The notes: generated from the sequence alone by a model not told the origin. Numbered from the stretch's first letter, positions 53,597 to 63,837 are shown. The stretch is DNA of 64,000 nt from Thermoanaerobaculia bacterium (GCA_963666565.1 OY762911.1:320001-384000), one strand, 5' to 3'. Translations and numbers: made by a program.

Positions 53597-54720
53597 CGGA
53601 TCGAGTCCAGTTGAAGCGCGTTCGAATCCAGGGCTTCCGTTCCCTGGCTCAACTGGAGTTGTCGGACCTTCGCCCAGCCACGGTGCTCATCGGCGCCAAC
53701 GGATCGGGGAAGTCGAACTTCATTCGCTTCTTCGAGATGCTGAGCTGGATGCAGGGGCCGCAACGCCTCGGGGAATTCGTCCAGATGAACGGCGGCGCCG
53801 ACGATCAACTCCACGGCGGCAGCGAGACCACGACGCGGATCGAAGCCGAAGTCTCGCTGAGCACCGGAGCGGGCCGGAACGACTACCGGTTCGTGCTCTC
53901 GCACGCCCACCCGGATCGTCTGCTCTTCACGGAGGAATATCTCCGGTTCCAGAGCAAAGCACTGCCCACCGAACCGGAGTGGCAGCCTCTCGGGAGCGGC
54001 CACGCGGAGACGGAAATCGGCCGAGCGGCCCACGGCGAGTACCCAAACGTCAACCCCACGACGGCCAGGACCATCAGATACCTGCTCCGCACATGCTCGG
54101 TCTTCCAGTTCCATAACACGTCCCGCACCTCCAGCTTCCACAAGAGTTGGGACGCACAGGACACGGCCTACCTTCGCTCCGACGCGGGGAACCTCCCGGC
54201 GGTACTTCGATGGCTCGAAGAAGACGACCTGGCCCGCTACGAGACGATCTGCGACCACATCGGCAGAGTTCTCCCCACCTTCGACAGATTCCAGCTCGCG
54301 GAACGCTACGGCAAGGTATCGCTGCGATGGAAGACCAGGCAGTCGAACAAGACAGTCGGCTCGCATCTCACGTCCGACGGTTCGCTCCGGTTCTTCGCGC
54401 TGGTGACGCTCCTGAATCTCCCGCCCGAGATGCTGCCGAACGTGCTTCTGTTGGACGAACCGGAACTGGGGCTTCATCCGGCTGCGGTGACGCTCGTCGG
54501 AAGCATGCTGAAAGCGGTGGCGAAGGAAAAGCAGGTCGTTGTGGCCACTCAGTCGCCCCTCCTCGTGGACGAGTTCGCCCTTGACGAGATCATCGTGCTC
54601 GAGCTGCGGGACGAGCGGACTGAACCCCAGCGCCTGGACCCGGATCAGTACAGCAGTTGGCTCGAGGAGTTCGCCACCGGCGAGCTCTGGCAGAAGAACC
54701 TCCTCGGAGGCCGCCCTTGA
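53593..54720 (+). CDS. ABC-type (AAA_21) ATPase
   Basis: GANGSGKSN, SDGSLRF, LDEPELGLHP, ATQS, GELWQKNLLGGRP. Confidence 0.88.
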   Translation: MTDRVQLKRVRIQGFRSLAQLELSDLRPATVLIGANGSGKSNFIRFFEMLSWMQGPQRLGEFVQMNGGADDQLHGGSETTTRIEAEVSLSTGAGRNDYRFVLSHAHPDRLLFTEEYLRFQSKALPTEPEWQPLGSGHAETEIGRAAHGEYPNVNPTTARTIRYLLRTCSVFQFHNTSRTSSFHKSWDAQDTAYLRSDAGNLPAVLRWLEEDDLARYETICDHIGRVLPTFDRFQLAERYGKVSLRWKTRQSNKTVGSHLTSDGSLRFFALVTLLNLPPEMLPNVLLLDEPELGLHPAAVTLVGSMLKAVAKEKQVVVATQSPLLVDEFALDEIIVLELRDERTEPQRLDPDQYSSWLEEFATGELWQKNLLGGRP

Positions 54721-55385
54721 ACCGCTTGGCCGTGACCGTGGAAGGCGGCACCGAAGAAGAGTTCGTCAAGCGCGTTCTCGCGGATCACCTGCGCACCGCG
54801 GGTGTCGAGCCCACGCCGATTCTCCTCGGCCGCGCCCGCAGTCGCTTCGGAGGAGGTAACGTCTCTGTCGAGCGACTCGTCTCGGAAATGGTCGAACTGT
54901 CCCGGTCGTTCGACGCCGTCACGTCGTTCGTGGACTTCTACGGTTTTCGCCGCAAGGGCCAGCAGTCCGCGGACGACCTTGAGAACACCCTCGGCCAGCG
55001 GCTCCGCGAGCGAATGGGAGATCGCTGGCGACCGTCGCGCGCGATTCCGTACGTACAGCGGCATGAGTTCGAGAGCCTGCTGTTCTCGAACGTGGACGCC
55101 TTCGGGCGAGTGCTAGGGGCGGCGCCGGAAGCCGTCGGAGAACTGCGGGCGGTCCGCGCGGAGTTCTCGACTCCCGAGGACATCAACGACAGCACCCAGA
55201 CCTGCCCCAGCAGGAGGATCGAGCGCTGCTTGCCCTCGTACGGCAAACGCCGGGACGGGCCGCGTGTGGCCGAGGACATCGGCTTGGCGACGATGTGCGC
55301 CGAGTGTCCCAGATTCCGCGTCTGGCTGACGAGCCTAGAGTCGATGGGAAGCAGTACACCGGCCGGCCACGGGGAGAGAAGATGA
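54717..55385 (+). CDS. DUF4276-like TOPRIM-fold protein (type 2)
   Basis: VEGGTEEEFV, DFYG, HEFESLLFS, PEDINDS...PSRRI, CPRF..WL. Confidence 0.82.
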   Translation: MNRLAVTVEGGTEEEFVKRVLADHLRTAGVEPTPILLGRARSRFGGGNVSVERLVSEMVELSRSFDAVTSFVDFYGFRRKGQQSADDLENTLGQRLRERMGDRWRPSRAIPYVQRHEFESLLFSNVDAFGRVLGAAPEAVGELRAVRAEFSTPEDINDSTQTCPSRRIERCLPSYGKRRDGPRVAEDIGLATMCAECPRFRVWLTSLESMGSSTPAGHGERR

Positions 55386-55401
55386 CCGGGAGAAACAAGC
55401 C

Positions 55402-58167
55402 ATGGCGCTAATGCCCTGGTACAAGGTCGTGACCCCGCGGCGCGAGGTCCGCGAAGGCCGCTCGTTCAGCCCGGACGAGTTCGCCATCGCGCTGGAGCAG
55501 GTCGTCGCCGGCACGGCGCCGGAGGACTACCGGAATCCGGAGCAGTTCTTCTCGCGGACCTGCTTCACGCGCGCGCTCAGGGAGCACGCCGGCATGGCGC
55601 TTCGCCGGCTTGCCGGCGAGACGGGCAACACGGCGCCCGTGCTCACGCTGATCACGCAGTTCGGCGGCGGCAAGACGCACACGCTGACGGCGCTCTACCA
55701 CCTGGCCAGGGCTGGCTCGAAGGCAGCCGAGCTTCCCGGCGTGCCGGAGCTTCTGCGCGATGCCCGGATGGCGTCAGCACCGGAGGCCCGCGTCGGCGTG
55801 TTTGTCGGCAACGCCTGGGATCCCTCGGAAGGGCGCGAAACGCCCTGGATCGACCTCGCGCGCCAGTTGGCGGGCGCCGAGGGAGTCGACGCTCTCGGCA
55901 CTTCGGCACGAACGACTCCGCCCGGCACCGAGGCGCTGGGCCGAGTGTTCGACGCCGCGGGCGGCCCCGTGCTGCTGCTCTTCGACGAAGTGCTGAACTT
56001 CGTCAACCGGCACCGCGGCATGGCGGACAGCTTCCACGCCTTCCTGCAGAACCTGACGGTCGCTGTAACCGGCAGGACGGGCACGGTCGCCGTGATCAGC
56101 CTGCCGCGAAGCCAGGTCGAGATGACGGAGTTCGACCAGGAATGGCAGAACCGGATCACCAAGATCGTCCGGCGCGTCGCCCGCGACCTGATCGCGAACG
56201 ACGAGGCCGAGATCGGCGAAGTCGTCCGGCGACGGCTCTTCGAGCACCTCGGCGGCGAACGCATCCGAAGGAGGGTCGCCGGCGCGTACGCCGAGTGGTG
56301 CTTTGAACGCTCCGCCCGTCTACCGTCCGAGTGGCTGAAGGTAGACACCGCAACCCGTCCAACGAAGGCGAGAGAGTTCCTCAAGAGCCGCTTCGAGGCC
56401 TGCTACCCGTTCCATCCGGCCACACTCTCCGTGTTCCAGCGCAAGTGGAGCGCGCTGCCGCAGTATCAGCAGACCCGCGGCACGTTGGCCATGCTGGCGC
56501 AGTGGATCTCCTGGGCGGCCCGCCGGCAATTCGCTCAGGCGCGGACCGAGCCCCTGATCACGCTCGGATCCGCACCGCTCGACGTTCCGGAGTTCCGAGC
56601 CGGCGTCCTCGGCCAGTTGGGAGAGGCGCGTCTCGGCGCAGCGATCAAGTCCGATCTCGCGGGAAGCACGGCGCACGCCAAAGCCCTCGACGCCGACACG
56701 AGGGGCCCGCTCCGCGACATTCACCGGCGGGTCGGCGCCGCCATCCTCTTCGAGTCGTCAGGCGGGCAGGTGGACAAGGTGGCGCACCTGCCCGAACTGC
56801 GGTTCGCGCTAGGCGAACCGACGGTCGAGACGACGAGCGTGGACAACGCCGCGAGCGCGCTCGAAGCGTCGAGTTTCTTCCTCCGCACCGTGGGAACGGA
56901 CGGCTACCGAATCCACCACCAGGCGACGCTCCGGAAAGTCGTCAGCGACCGGCAGGCGTCGCTCGACGAGGAGACCGAGGTCAAGCCCGCGATCCGCTCC
57001 CTGGTCGAGTCCGAGTTTCGGACCGGGGCCGAACTGCCTCTCGTCCTGTTTCCGGCGGACAGCGCCGCAGTCCCGGATTCTCCCCGGTTGACCGTGGTAG
57101 TGGCCGATCCCGACGCGGGAGCGGGCGACGAGGAGGCGCTCAAGACGATCGAAAGATGGACCGTCGAACGGGGCAACTCGCCGCGTCTGTACCCCGGCGC
57201 TCTGGTCTGGTGCGCCAAGAAACCGGGGCGCGAACTTCAGTCGAAGGTCGAAACCCTGCTGGCATGGCAGCGGGTGGCTCGCGAAGTCGCGGAAGGCGTC
57301 CTCGGCGCCGAGTATGATCGGGCCGACCGGCAGCGAGTCCAAGCCACGGTCAGGGAAGCTCGCGACGCGGCCAAGGACGAGATCTGGGCAGGCTACCGCT
57401 TCGTCACCTTGCGCGACGGCCGGGAGAAGCGCCTGAAGACGATCGATCTCGGCGCCGGCCACGCCAGCGCCAGCGAATCGCTCTGCGGCCGAATCGTCGG
57501 CACCCTGCGAGCCGAAGCGTTACTCAGCAACTCGGTCGGGGCCGGCTACATCGAACGTCACTGGCCGCCGGCCCTGGAGGCGGATGGGGCCTGGCCGCTG
57601 CGAGGTTTGCGTCAGAGCTTCCTCGACGGCGCGTTGACCCGGCTGATCGACCCCGACGCCGTCTTGCGCCGCCAGATTCTCGAATTCGTCGCCCGCGGCG
57701 ACTTCGGCCTCGGATCCGGAAAGGAGAACGGCGCCTTCCGCCGGCTCTGGTACGCGGAAGCAGTGCCGCCCGAAGAGGTGGCTTTCGAGCCAGACGTCTA
57801 CCTCGTGGCAAAGTCGAAGGCGGATGCGCTGCGAACGGCGCCGCCGGTCGGCCCATCGCCGGAACCGACGTCGCCGCTCGAATCCGAACCACCCAGCGCG
57901 CCGCCGAGTAAGCCCGACGCGAAAGGCCACCAAGCCGCGCAGAAGGTCACGCTTCGCCTTGTGGGCGACGTGCCGCCGGAAGTCTGGAACCGGCTTGGCA
58001 CGAAGCTGCTCACCAAGCTCCGCACGGGAAGCGACGTGCGGGTTGGAATCGAGTGCCAGGTTGCGGTCGATCCGGCGTTCGCCGAAGCGCTGGCAAGCGA
58101 CCTGCGGCTGATCCTGGACGATCTCGGACTGACGGAGCGGGTGCGCATCGACCGAACCCCGAGCTGA
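55402..58167 (+). CDS. DUF499-type P-loop ATPase
   Basis: PWYKVVTPR, TQFGGGKTH, LLFDEV, VVRRRLF, YPFHP, QQTRG. Confidence 0.88.
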   Translation: MALMPWYKVVTPRREVREGRSFSPDEFAIALEQVVAGTAPEDYRNPEQFFSRTCFTRALREHAGMALRRLAGETGNTAPVLTLITQFGGGKTHTLTALYHLARAGSKAAELPGVPELLRDARMASAPEARVGVFVGNAWDPSEGRETPWIDLARQLAGAEGVDALGTSARTTPPGTEALGRVFDAAGGPVLLLFDEVLNFVNRHRGMADSFHAFLQNLTVAVTGRTGTVAVISLPRSQVEMTEFDQEWQNRITKIVRRVARDLIANDEAEIGEVVRRRLFEHLGGERIRRRVAGAYAEWCFERSARLPSEWLKVDTATRPTKAREFLKSRFEACYPFHPATLSVFQRKWSALPQYQQTRGTLAMLAQWISWAARRQFAQARTEPLITLGSAPLDVPEFRAGVLGQLGEARLGAAIKSDLAGSTAHAKALDADTRGPLRDIHRRVGAAILFESSGGQVDKVAHLPELRFALGEPTVETTSVDNAASALEASSFFLRTVGTDGYRIHHQATLRKVVSDRQASLDEETEVKPAIRSLVESEFRTGAELPLVLFPADSAAVPDSPRLTVVVADPDAGAGDEEALKTIERWTVERGNSPRLYPGALVWCAKKPGRELQSKVETLLAWQRVAREVAEGVLGAEYDRADRQRVQATVREARDAAKDEIWAGYRFVTLRDGREKRLKTIDLGAGHASASESLCGRIVGTLRAEALLSNSVGAGYIERHWPPALEADGAWPLRGLRQSFLDGALTRLIDPDAVLRRQILEFVARGDFGLGSGKENGAFRRLWYAEAVPPEEVAFEPDVYLVAKSKADALRTAPPVGPSPEPTSPLESEPPSAPPSKPDAKGHQAAQKVTLRLVGDVPPEVWNRLGTKLLTKLRTGSDVRVGIECQVAVDPAFAEALASDLRLILDDLGLTERVRIDRTPS

Positions 58168-59178
58168 CGTTCCGCACCTCCACCAGCTCGAACCATGTAC
58201 TCGATTCCCGGCAAGGTTCCGAGTCGGTGGCGCTCTTGACAACTCCTCCATGCCTACCCAAGTAACCACTGGACGCGGCCTATCACCAGCTGCGGCCTTC
58301 ACCGGGCTCGTCGACCATGGCCTCTTCAGCGAGAAACTCCCACCCTGCTTCACCTCCGAGGGGCTCTCCACGTGTATTCCTCCCGCGCTTCTGCCGGTCG
58401 CCACCGAGGTCGATCCGAAGAAGCTGTGGAAACTCCTTAAGGGCAGGACACACAACTACATCCGATACAGCCTCCTTCGCGACAGCAACGTCCCGCGCCA
58501 ACTCGGCGTGCCGCACCCAGAGAGCTACTTGGCCCAGTGTCTGGCGATTCAGCGCCTCTTCCCCGCCATCAAGAACCACTGCGCGAAGCCGCACCCACCC
58601 GTGAGCCGTATCTTCGTCCGCAGCACGGCCGGGAAACGCGTGTTCCAGATGAACTACCAAGGACGAGAACGCTTCGACAACACCGAACTCGACTTGCCAC
58701 ACATGACGGGCGCCGCCTACGTCGCTAACTCCGATATCTCGAGTTGCTTCCCTTCAATCTACACGCACTCGATTCCCTGGGCTCTCCACGGAAAGGCCAA
58801 CGCCAAGAAAGGCCGCTTCGACTTCTCTGCGGGCAACTTGCTGGACCGCGCCACCCAATGCACTCAGGACGGACAAACGAACGGACTCCTTATCGGGCCA
58901 CACTCGTCCAACCTGCTAGCAGAGATCATCCTCACATCCGTTGACGAGAGAATCCTGAAAAGGGGTTACTCCCGGGTCGTTCGTCACATCGACGACTACA
59001 AGTTCTACGCGAAGACACACGAGGAGGCTGAGCGCTTCCTTCGCGAGCTTTCACTGGAGATGCGCAAGTTCGAGCTGGTACTCAACGACCGGAAGACACG
59101 AATCCTCCGAATGCCCCGTCCCCTCGACAGTGAATGGGTCAGGCAACTCACCGGATCTCAACTGGCGCGAAGCAGAGG

Positions 59179-60517
59179 GGGTCTTCAGGCTGTTGTGTGG
59201 GCAAGAGCGGCGTGTATGGCCGCCCATCGGCCTTAGACTGGCGGGATGAAGAGTGCCAGGACGTTCGAGAGGTTGTTGGGGATCAAGCCGCCTTGGCGGG
59301 TGCGGGAGGTGGTGCTTCGGATGGACGAGCCGCATCCGCGCCGCCGCGGTCCGGTGGTGGGCGGGACGGTGGAGATCCACGTCGAGCATCGCGGGGAGAC
59401 CCGCTGTCCCGAGTGCGGCGTGGCGTGTCCGGGCTACGACAGCAGGCATCGCCGCTGGCGTCATCTGGACACGATGCAGCACCAGACCCGGGTTCACGCC
59501 GAGGTGCCTCGGGTGCGCTGCGCCGAGCATGGCGTTCACCAGTTGAAGGTACCTTGGGCGGACGAGGGTTCGCGGTTCACGGCGCTGTTCGAGGCGGAGG
59601 CCATCGAGTGGTTGCGAGAGGCGAGCGTTCACGCCGTGGCGCGCCGCATGGGCTTGAGCTGGGATGAGACGGCGGGGATCCAGCGTCGCGCCGTGGAGCG
59701 TGGTCTCGCGAGACGCCGGCTGGAGCCGCCTCGGCTGTTGGGCGTGGACGAGACGTCGTTTCGGAGGCGCCACGAGTACGTGACGGTGGTCAACGATCTG
59801 GAGCGTGGCGTGGTGACCCATGTGGCCGACGGTCGCGGCCGGTCGGCCATCGACGGCTACTTCGAGGAGCTGGGCGAAACGAAGTGCGCGGGCATCGAGC
59901 AAGTGGCGATGGACATGTGGCCGGCCTACATCTCTTCGGTGGAGGAGTACACGGACGCGGACATCGTTCATGACCGATTCCACATCGTCGCGCACCTGAA
60001 CCACGCGGTGGACCTGGTTCGGCGCGCCGAGCAGCGGGAGTTGCTCGAAGCAGGGGATCCGAGTCTGAAGCGGAGTCGCTACCTGTGGCTGATGGGGAGT
60101 GGGCGCATGACCCGTTCGCAGCAGCGGCGCTTCGCCGCTCTTCGCGCGAGCCACCTTCGCGTGGCCCGGGCCTGGGCGATCAAGGAGATGGCGCGGGACT
60201 CGTGGGGCTACATGCGCCGCGGGTGGGCCGAGCGGCGCTGGACGCGCTGGTACAACTGGGCGATTCGCAGCCGGCTGAAACCGATCAGGAAGGTGGCCAG
60301 GATGATCAGGAGCCACTGGGACGCCGTCATCAACGCCGCCGTGTCCGGCATCTCCAGCGCCAACGCCGAGGGGATCAACGCGACGATCCAGAAGATCAAG
60401 CGAAGAGCGCACGGCTATCGAAACCGAGAGCACTTCCGGCTCGCCATCTACTTCCATCTCGGCGGACTCGACATGGCTCCCGAGTCACTCCGTGCCCACA
60501 CATAACCCGGAAGCGCC
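59179..60517 (+). mobile_element. ISL3 family insertion sequence
   Basis: 8-bp TSD agcagagg (59171-59178, 60518-60525); imperfect 25-bp IRs starting GG and sharing tgtgtgggca. Confidence 0.93.
59246..60505 (+). CDS. ISL3 transposase
   Basis: CPECG zinc finger, GVDE, DMW, DRFH, AEGIN..I..IKR.AHGYRN. Confidence 0.95.
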   Translation: MKSARTFERLLGIKPPWRVREVVLRMDEPHPRRRGPVVGGTVEIHVEHRGETRCPECGVACPGYDSRHRRWRHLDTMQHQTRVHAEVPRVRCAEHGVHQLKVPWADEGSRFTALFEAEAIEWLREASVHAVARRMGLSWDETAGIQRRAVERGLARRRLEPPRLLGVDETSFRRRHEYVTVVNDLERGVVTHVADGRGRSAIDGYFEELGETKCAGIEQVAMDMWPAYISSVEEYTDADIVHDRFHIVAHLNHAVDLVRRAEQRELLEAGDPSLKRSRYLWLMGSGRMTRSQQRRFAALRASHLRVARAWAIKEMARDSWGYMRRGWAERRWTRWYNWAIRSRLKPIRKVARMIRSHWDAVINAAVSGISSANAEGINATIQKIKRRAHGYRNREHFRLAIYFHLGGLDMAPESLRAHT

Positions 60518-61442
60518 AGCAGAGGGAGGGTCGGAATCGGACCACCGCGCGCCCTCCTCGATCTGGCGTTGAAGCTGGCCCAAGAGAACGGCACGTCCGC
60601 GGTCTTGAACTACGCGATCAAGATGGTCCCGGCGCGTTTGTATCCCAGGGCTCGGCCTCTCTTCGTCCGACAGGTGGTCAACCTTGCGCTTCAGTACCCA
60701 TACCTGGCAACCCTTCTCGACGTCCATCTCTTCCAGAAACACCGCTACGACGGCATCGAGACCATTATCCGGGAGTTCAGCGACGAGCTCGTTGTGATCG
60801 GCACGAGGCGGCTCTTCTCGGACGCGATCTGCCAAGCTCTGTATCTTGCACTGAAGTACGGGTTCGACATCCCCTCTCTTGATGAGCAGCGCGCCAAGCA
60901 GATTCTCGACATGAACGACTGTCTGTCGGACGTTCTTCTCTTCTCCTACTCAGGGCGTCATGGACTCCGACAGACGCGAGGACGCCTTCGGCACCGCGCG
61001 AAACAGCTACGGGGGCACCCGCTTGAGCAGCAGGATCGGTTCTGGCTCCTGCTGTACGAAGTGTCGACTCCGCAAGCTCTGAGGCGGGCGGACCAGGAGT
61101 TCCTTGCGGACTTGAAGGACGGTGGATTCCGCTTCGTGAGGTTCGAGTGAATCTGCGGCGCAGAACGCGGTATGGCCCTCTGGGCCCTGGAGTCCCGGCA
61201 AGGTCTGGGCCGCCTGCGGAGTGCCGCGAGGCTGGCGCTGTTGGAGCTTCTCCGGCACGCGACCACCCCACTGCTGCAGGACAGACGCCACGTTCAGAGC
61301 GACAAAGACGGGAAACCGGGCTAGCTGGCGCATCTGGAGGCGATACGATCACACACTGGACGACCCTAGGAGGCCTCCAGCGACCGCGTAGCGCGTACTG
61401 AGCCGGGCATCGCAGTAGCTGGGAGCGGAGAAAAACCGCGCC

Positions 61443-62630
61443 ATGAACCCTGAATCCAGTCCGTTCAGTCCAGGACAGCCGGTGCCCGCCGAGTTTTTCG
61501 TCGGCCGCACGGCGGAGATCGACTGTCTGCGGGGCATGGTTCGGGGCAGCGCCGAAGGCCGGTTCCGTGTCGGCTTCATCAGCGGCGAGCGGGGCATCGG
61601 GAAGAGTTCGATCGCGGCCTTCGTCCGCCGGCTCGTGGAGCAGGAAGGCGACGCCGTCGGCTGCCACGTCTTCCTGGGAGGAGTGCAGGGCCTTCCGGAG
61701 ATGCTGCGCCGGACGTTCGACCGTCTGCTCAAGGAGAGCATCGACCGGCCGTGGCACGATCAGCTCAAGGGCTACTTCGGAAACCGCGTCAGACAGGTCG
61801 GCCTCTTCGGCGTGACCCTCGAGCTGGATCTCTCCGACGAGGAGTTCTCTACCGTTCAGCACGACTTCGTGCCGGCGATCCGGCGCCTCCTGGACAAGAT
61901 CAAGGACCACAGGAGATCCCTGTTCCTGATCCTCGACGACATCAACGGGTTGGCCCGGTCGGCGGACTTCGCCAACTGGCTCAAGAGCTCGGTGGACGAG
62001 ATCGCCACGTCGGAGCCACCGACGCGGCTTTGCCTCCTCGTGGTCGGGCTGGAGGAACGTCGCGCGGATCTCATCGCCCGCCAACCTTCGCTGGCCCGGG
62101 TGTTCGATCTTGTCGACATCGCGCCTTGGTCGGACGACGAGGCGCGCGAGTTCTACCGCAACTCGTTCGCGGTCGCGGGAGCGCACATCGCCGGGCGGGA
62201 ACTCGATTTGCTGGTCCGCTTCACCGGCGGCCTTCCCGTTCTCGCCCACGAGATCGGCGACGCGGTGTGGCGTGAGTCGAGGACGCGCGAGATCCGATCG
62301 GGCGACGTTGTCAGAGGCGTGGCGGCTGCCGCCGAGGTCATCGGCAGGAAGCTGCTCGAGCCCCGGATCTTCAAGGCGGTTCGCAGCGAGCGCTATCGGT
62401 CGATCCTCCGCCGGATCGCGGAGGAGCCCAGGACCCGTTTCACCCGCGCGGAACTCCTGGAGCGGTTACCGGGCAAGGAGAGGAAGGCGCTCGACAGCTT
62501 CCTGCGGCGCATGAAGGAACTCGGAGCGATCGAGTCCGACCCGGAGGTGAACGGCGGGTACCGATTCCCCAACCGGCTGCACGCGCTGTACTTCTTCACC
62601 GAGGCACAGACGCACCAAACCAGGATCTGA
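61443..62630 (+). CDS. STAND-like AAA ATPase with C-terminal winged helix
   Basis: SPFSPG, FVGR, GERGIGKSS, LILDDI, TGGLP. Confidence 0.8.
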   Translation: MNPESSPFSPGQPVPAEFFVGRTAEIDCLRGMVRGSAEGRFRVGFISGERGIGKSSIAAFVRRLVEQEGDAVGCHVFLGGVQGLPEMLRRTFDRLLKESIDRPWHDQLKGYFGNRVRQVGLFGVTLELDLSDEEFSTVQHDFVPAIRRLLDKIKDHRRSLFLILDDINGLARSADFANWLKSSVDEIATSEPPTRLCLLVVGLEERRADLIARQPSLARVFDLVDIAPWSDDEAREFYRNSFAVAGAHIAGRELDLLVRFTGGLPVLAHEIGDAVWRESRTREIRSGDVVRGVAAAAEVIGRKLLEPRIFKAVRSERYRSILRRIAEEPRTRFTRAELLERLPGKERKALDSFLRRMKELGAIESDPEVNGGYRFPNRLHALYFFTEAQTHQTRI

Positions 62631-62638
62631 GTCACCCG

Positions 62639-63739
62639 CTACGGCGACGTGAACTCCAGCCCGTGTGCGTCGGCGACCGCCTCGTGCGTCACACGCCCAT
62701 CCACCACATTGACGCCCCCGGCCAGGGCCGGGTCGCGTTCGGCCGCGGCGCGCCAGCCGCGGTCGGCGATCTCCAGGGCGTAGGTCATCGTGGCGTTGGT
62801 CAGGGCGTAGGTAGAGGTGTGCGGGACGGCGCCGGGCATGTTCGAGACGCAGTAGTGGATCACGCCCTCCTCGACGTAGCGGGGGTCGCGGTGCGTGGTC
62901 GGACGGCTGGTCTCGGCGCAGCCGCCCTGGTCGACGGCCACGTCGACGAGAGCCGAACCCGGCTCCATCAGCTTGAGATGCTCGCGGGTGACGAGGCGCG
63001 GCGTGCGCGCGCCGGGGATCAGCACGGAGCACACGACCAGGTCGGCCGAGGCGACCGCGCCTTCGATGTTCGCGGCGTTCGACATGAGGGTCGTCACGTG
63101 GCCCTGGACCACGTCGCGGACGTAGCCGAGGCGCTGGGGATCGATGTCGAGGATCGTCACGTCGGCGCCGAAGCCGACGCCGACGACGCAGGCGTTGAGC
63201 CCCACGACGCCGGCGCCCAGGATCGTCACCCGGCCGCGGCGGACGCCCGAGACGCCCGGCAGGAGCAGGCCCTTGCCGCCGGCGAGACACTCCAGCGAGG
63301 CCGCCCCGGCCTGGATCGAAAGCCGGCCCGCGACCTCGGACATCGGCGCGAGCAGCGGCAGCGAACCGTCGGCGAGCTGGACGGTCTCGTAGCCGATGCC
63401 GACTATGCGCCGATCGAGCAGGCTCGCCGTGAGTTCCGCCGACGCCGCCAGGTGGAGGTAGGTGAAGAGGATCTGGCCGCGCCTCATGCGCTCGAACTCG
63501 GGTTCGAGCGGCTCCTTGACCTTGAGGACCATGTCGGAGCGTTCCCACAGTGCGTCCGCGCCTTCGACGACGATGGCGCCGGCGGCCTCGAAGGCGCCGT
63601 CCGGGAACGCGCTGCCGGCGCCGGCGCCCGCCTGGACCGCCACCTCGTGGCCACGCGCCACGAACGCCGCAACGCCGGCCGGGGTGATCGCCACCCGGTG
63701 CTCGTCCGTCTTGATCTCCGTGGGAATGCCGATTTTCAT
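62639..63739 (-). CDS. ald: Alanine dehydrogenase
   Basis: MKIGIPTEIK, KVKEP, PMSEVAGR, DVAVDQGG, NMPGAVP. Confidence 0.96.
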   Translation of the reverse strand: MKIGIPTEIKTDEHRVAITPAGVAAFVARGHEVAVQAGAGAGSAFPDGAFEAAGAIVVEGADALWERSDMVLKVKEPLEPEFERMRRGQILFTYLHLAASAELTASLLDRRIVGIGYETVQLADGSLPLLAPMSEVAGRLSIQAGAASLECLAGGKGLLLPGVSGVRRGRVTILGAGVVGLNACVVGVGFGADVTILDIDPQRLGYVRDVVQGHVTTLMSNAANIEGAVASADLVVCSVLIPGARTPRLVTREHLKLMEPGSALVDVAVDQGGCAETSRPTTHRDPRYVEEGVIHYCVSNMPGAVPHTSTYALTNATMTYALEIADRGWRAAAERDPALAGGVNVVDGRVTHEAVADAHGLEFTSP

Positions 63740-63837
63740 CGTGCCCTCGCTTCCGCCGCCTGACGGCCAGCCGACAAACCGGACATTAGCGAACGCGCGC
63801 CGCCGCCGCCCCGCCGCCCCGCTGGTAGCCTTCGTCA

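Larger units (their letters stand above)
58250..61150 (+). pseudogene. Abi/DRT-class (DRT4-like) reverse transcriptase interrupted by ISL3
   Basis: DISSCFPSIYTHSIPW, GLLIGPHSS, RHIDDY, N..KT; 58250-59178 + 60526-61150 rejoin into one 517-aa ORF with a helical C-terminus. Confidence 0.85.

Noticed and set aside
44859-58167. DISARM or canonical BREX call
   Set aside because: No DrmA/DrmB (DUF1998)/PLD and no PglZ/BrxL recognisable.
58168-59236. Retron or group II intron interpretation of the RT
   Set aside because: Only 82 nt upstream, no a1/a2 inverted repeats seen, no VTG motif or maturase domain; motifs fit the Abi/DRT class.
59051-60457. 468-aa antisense ORF across the ISL3
   Set aside because: Mirror frame of the transposase with no independent support.
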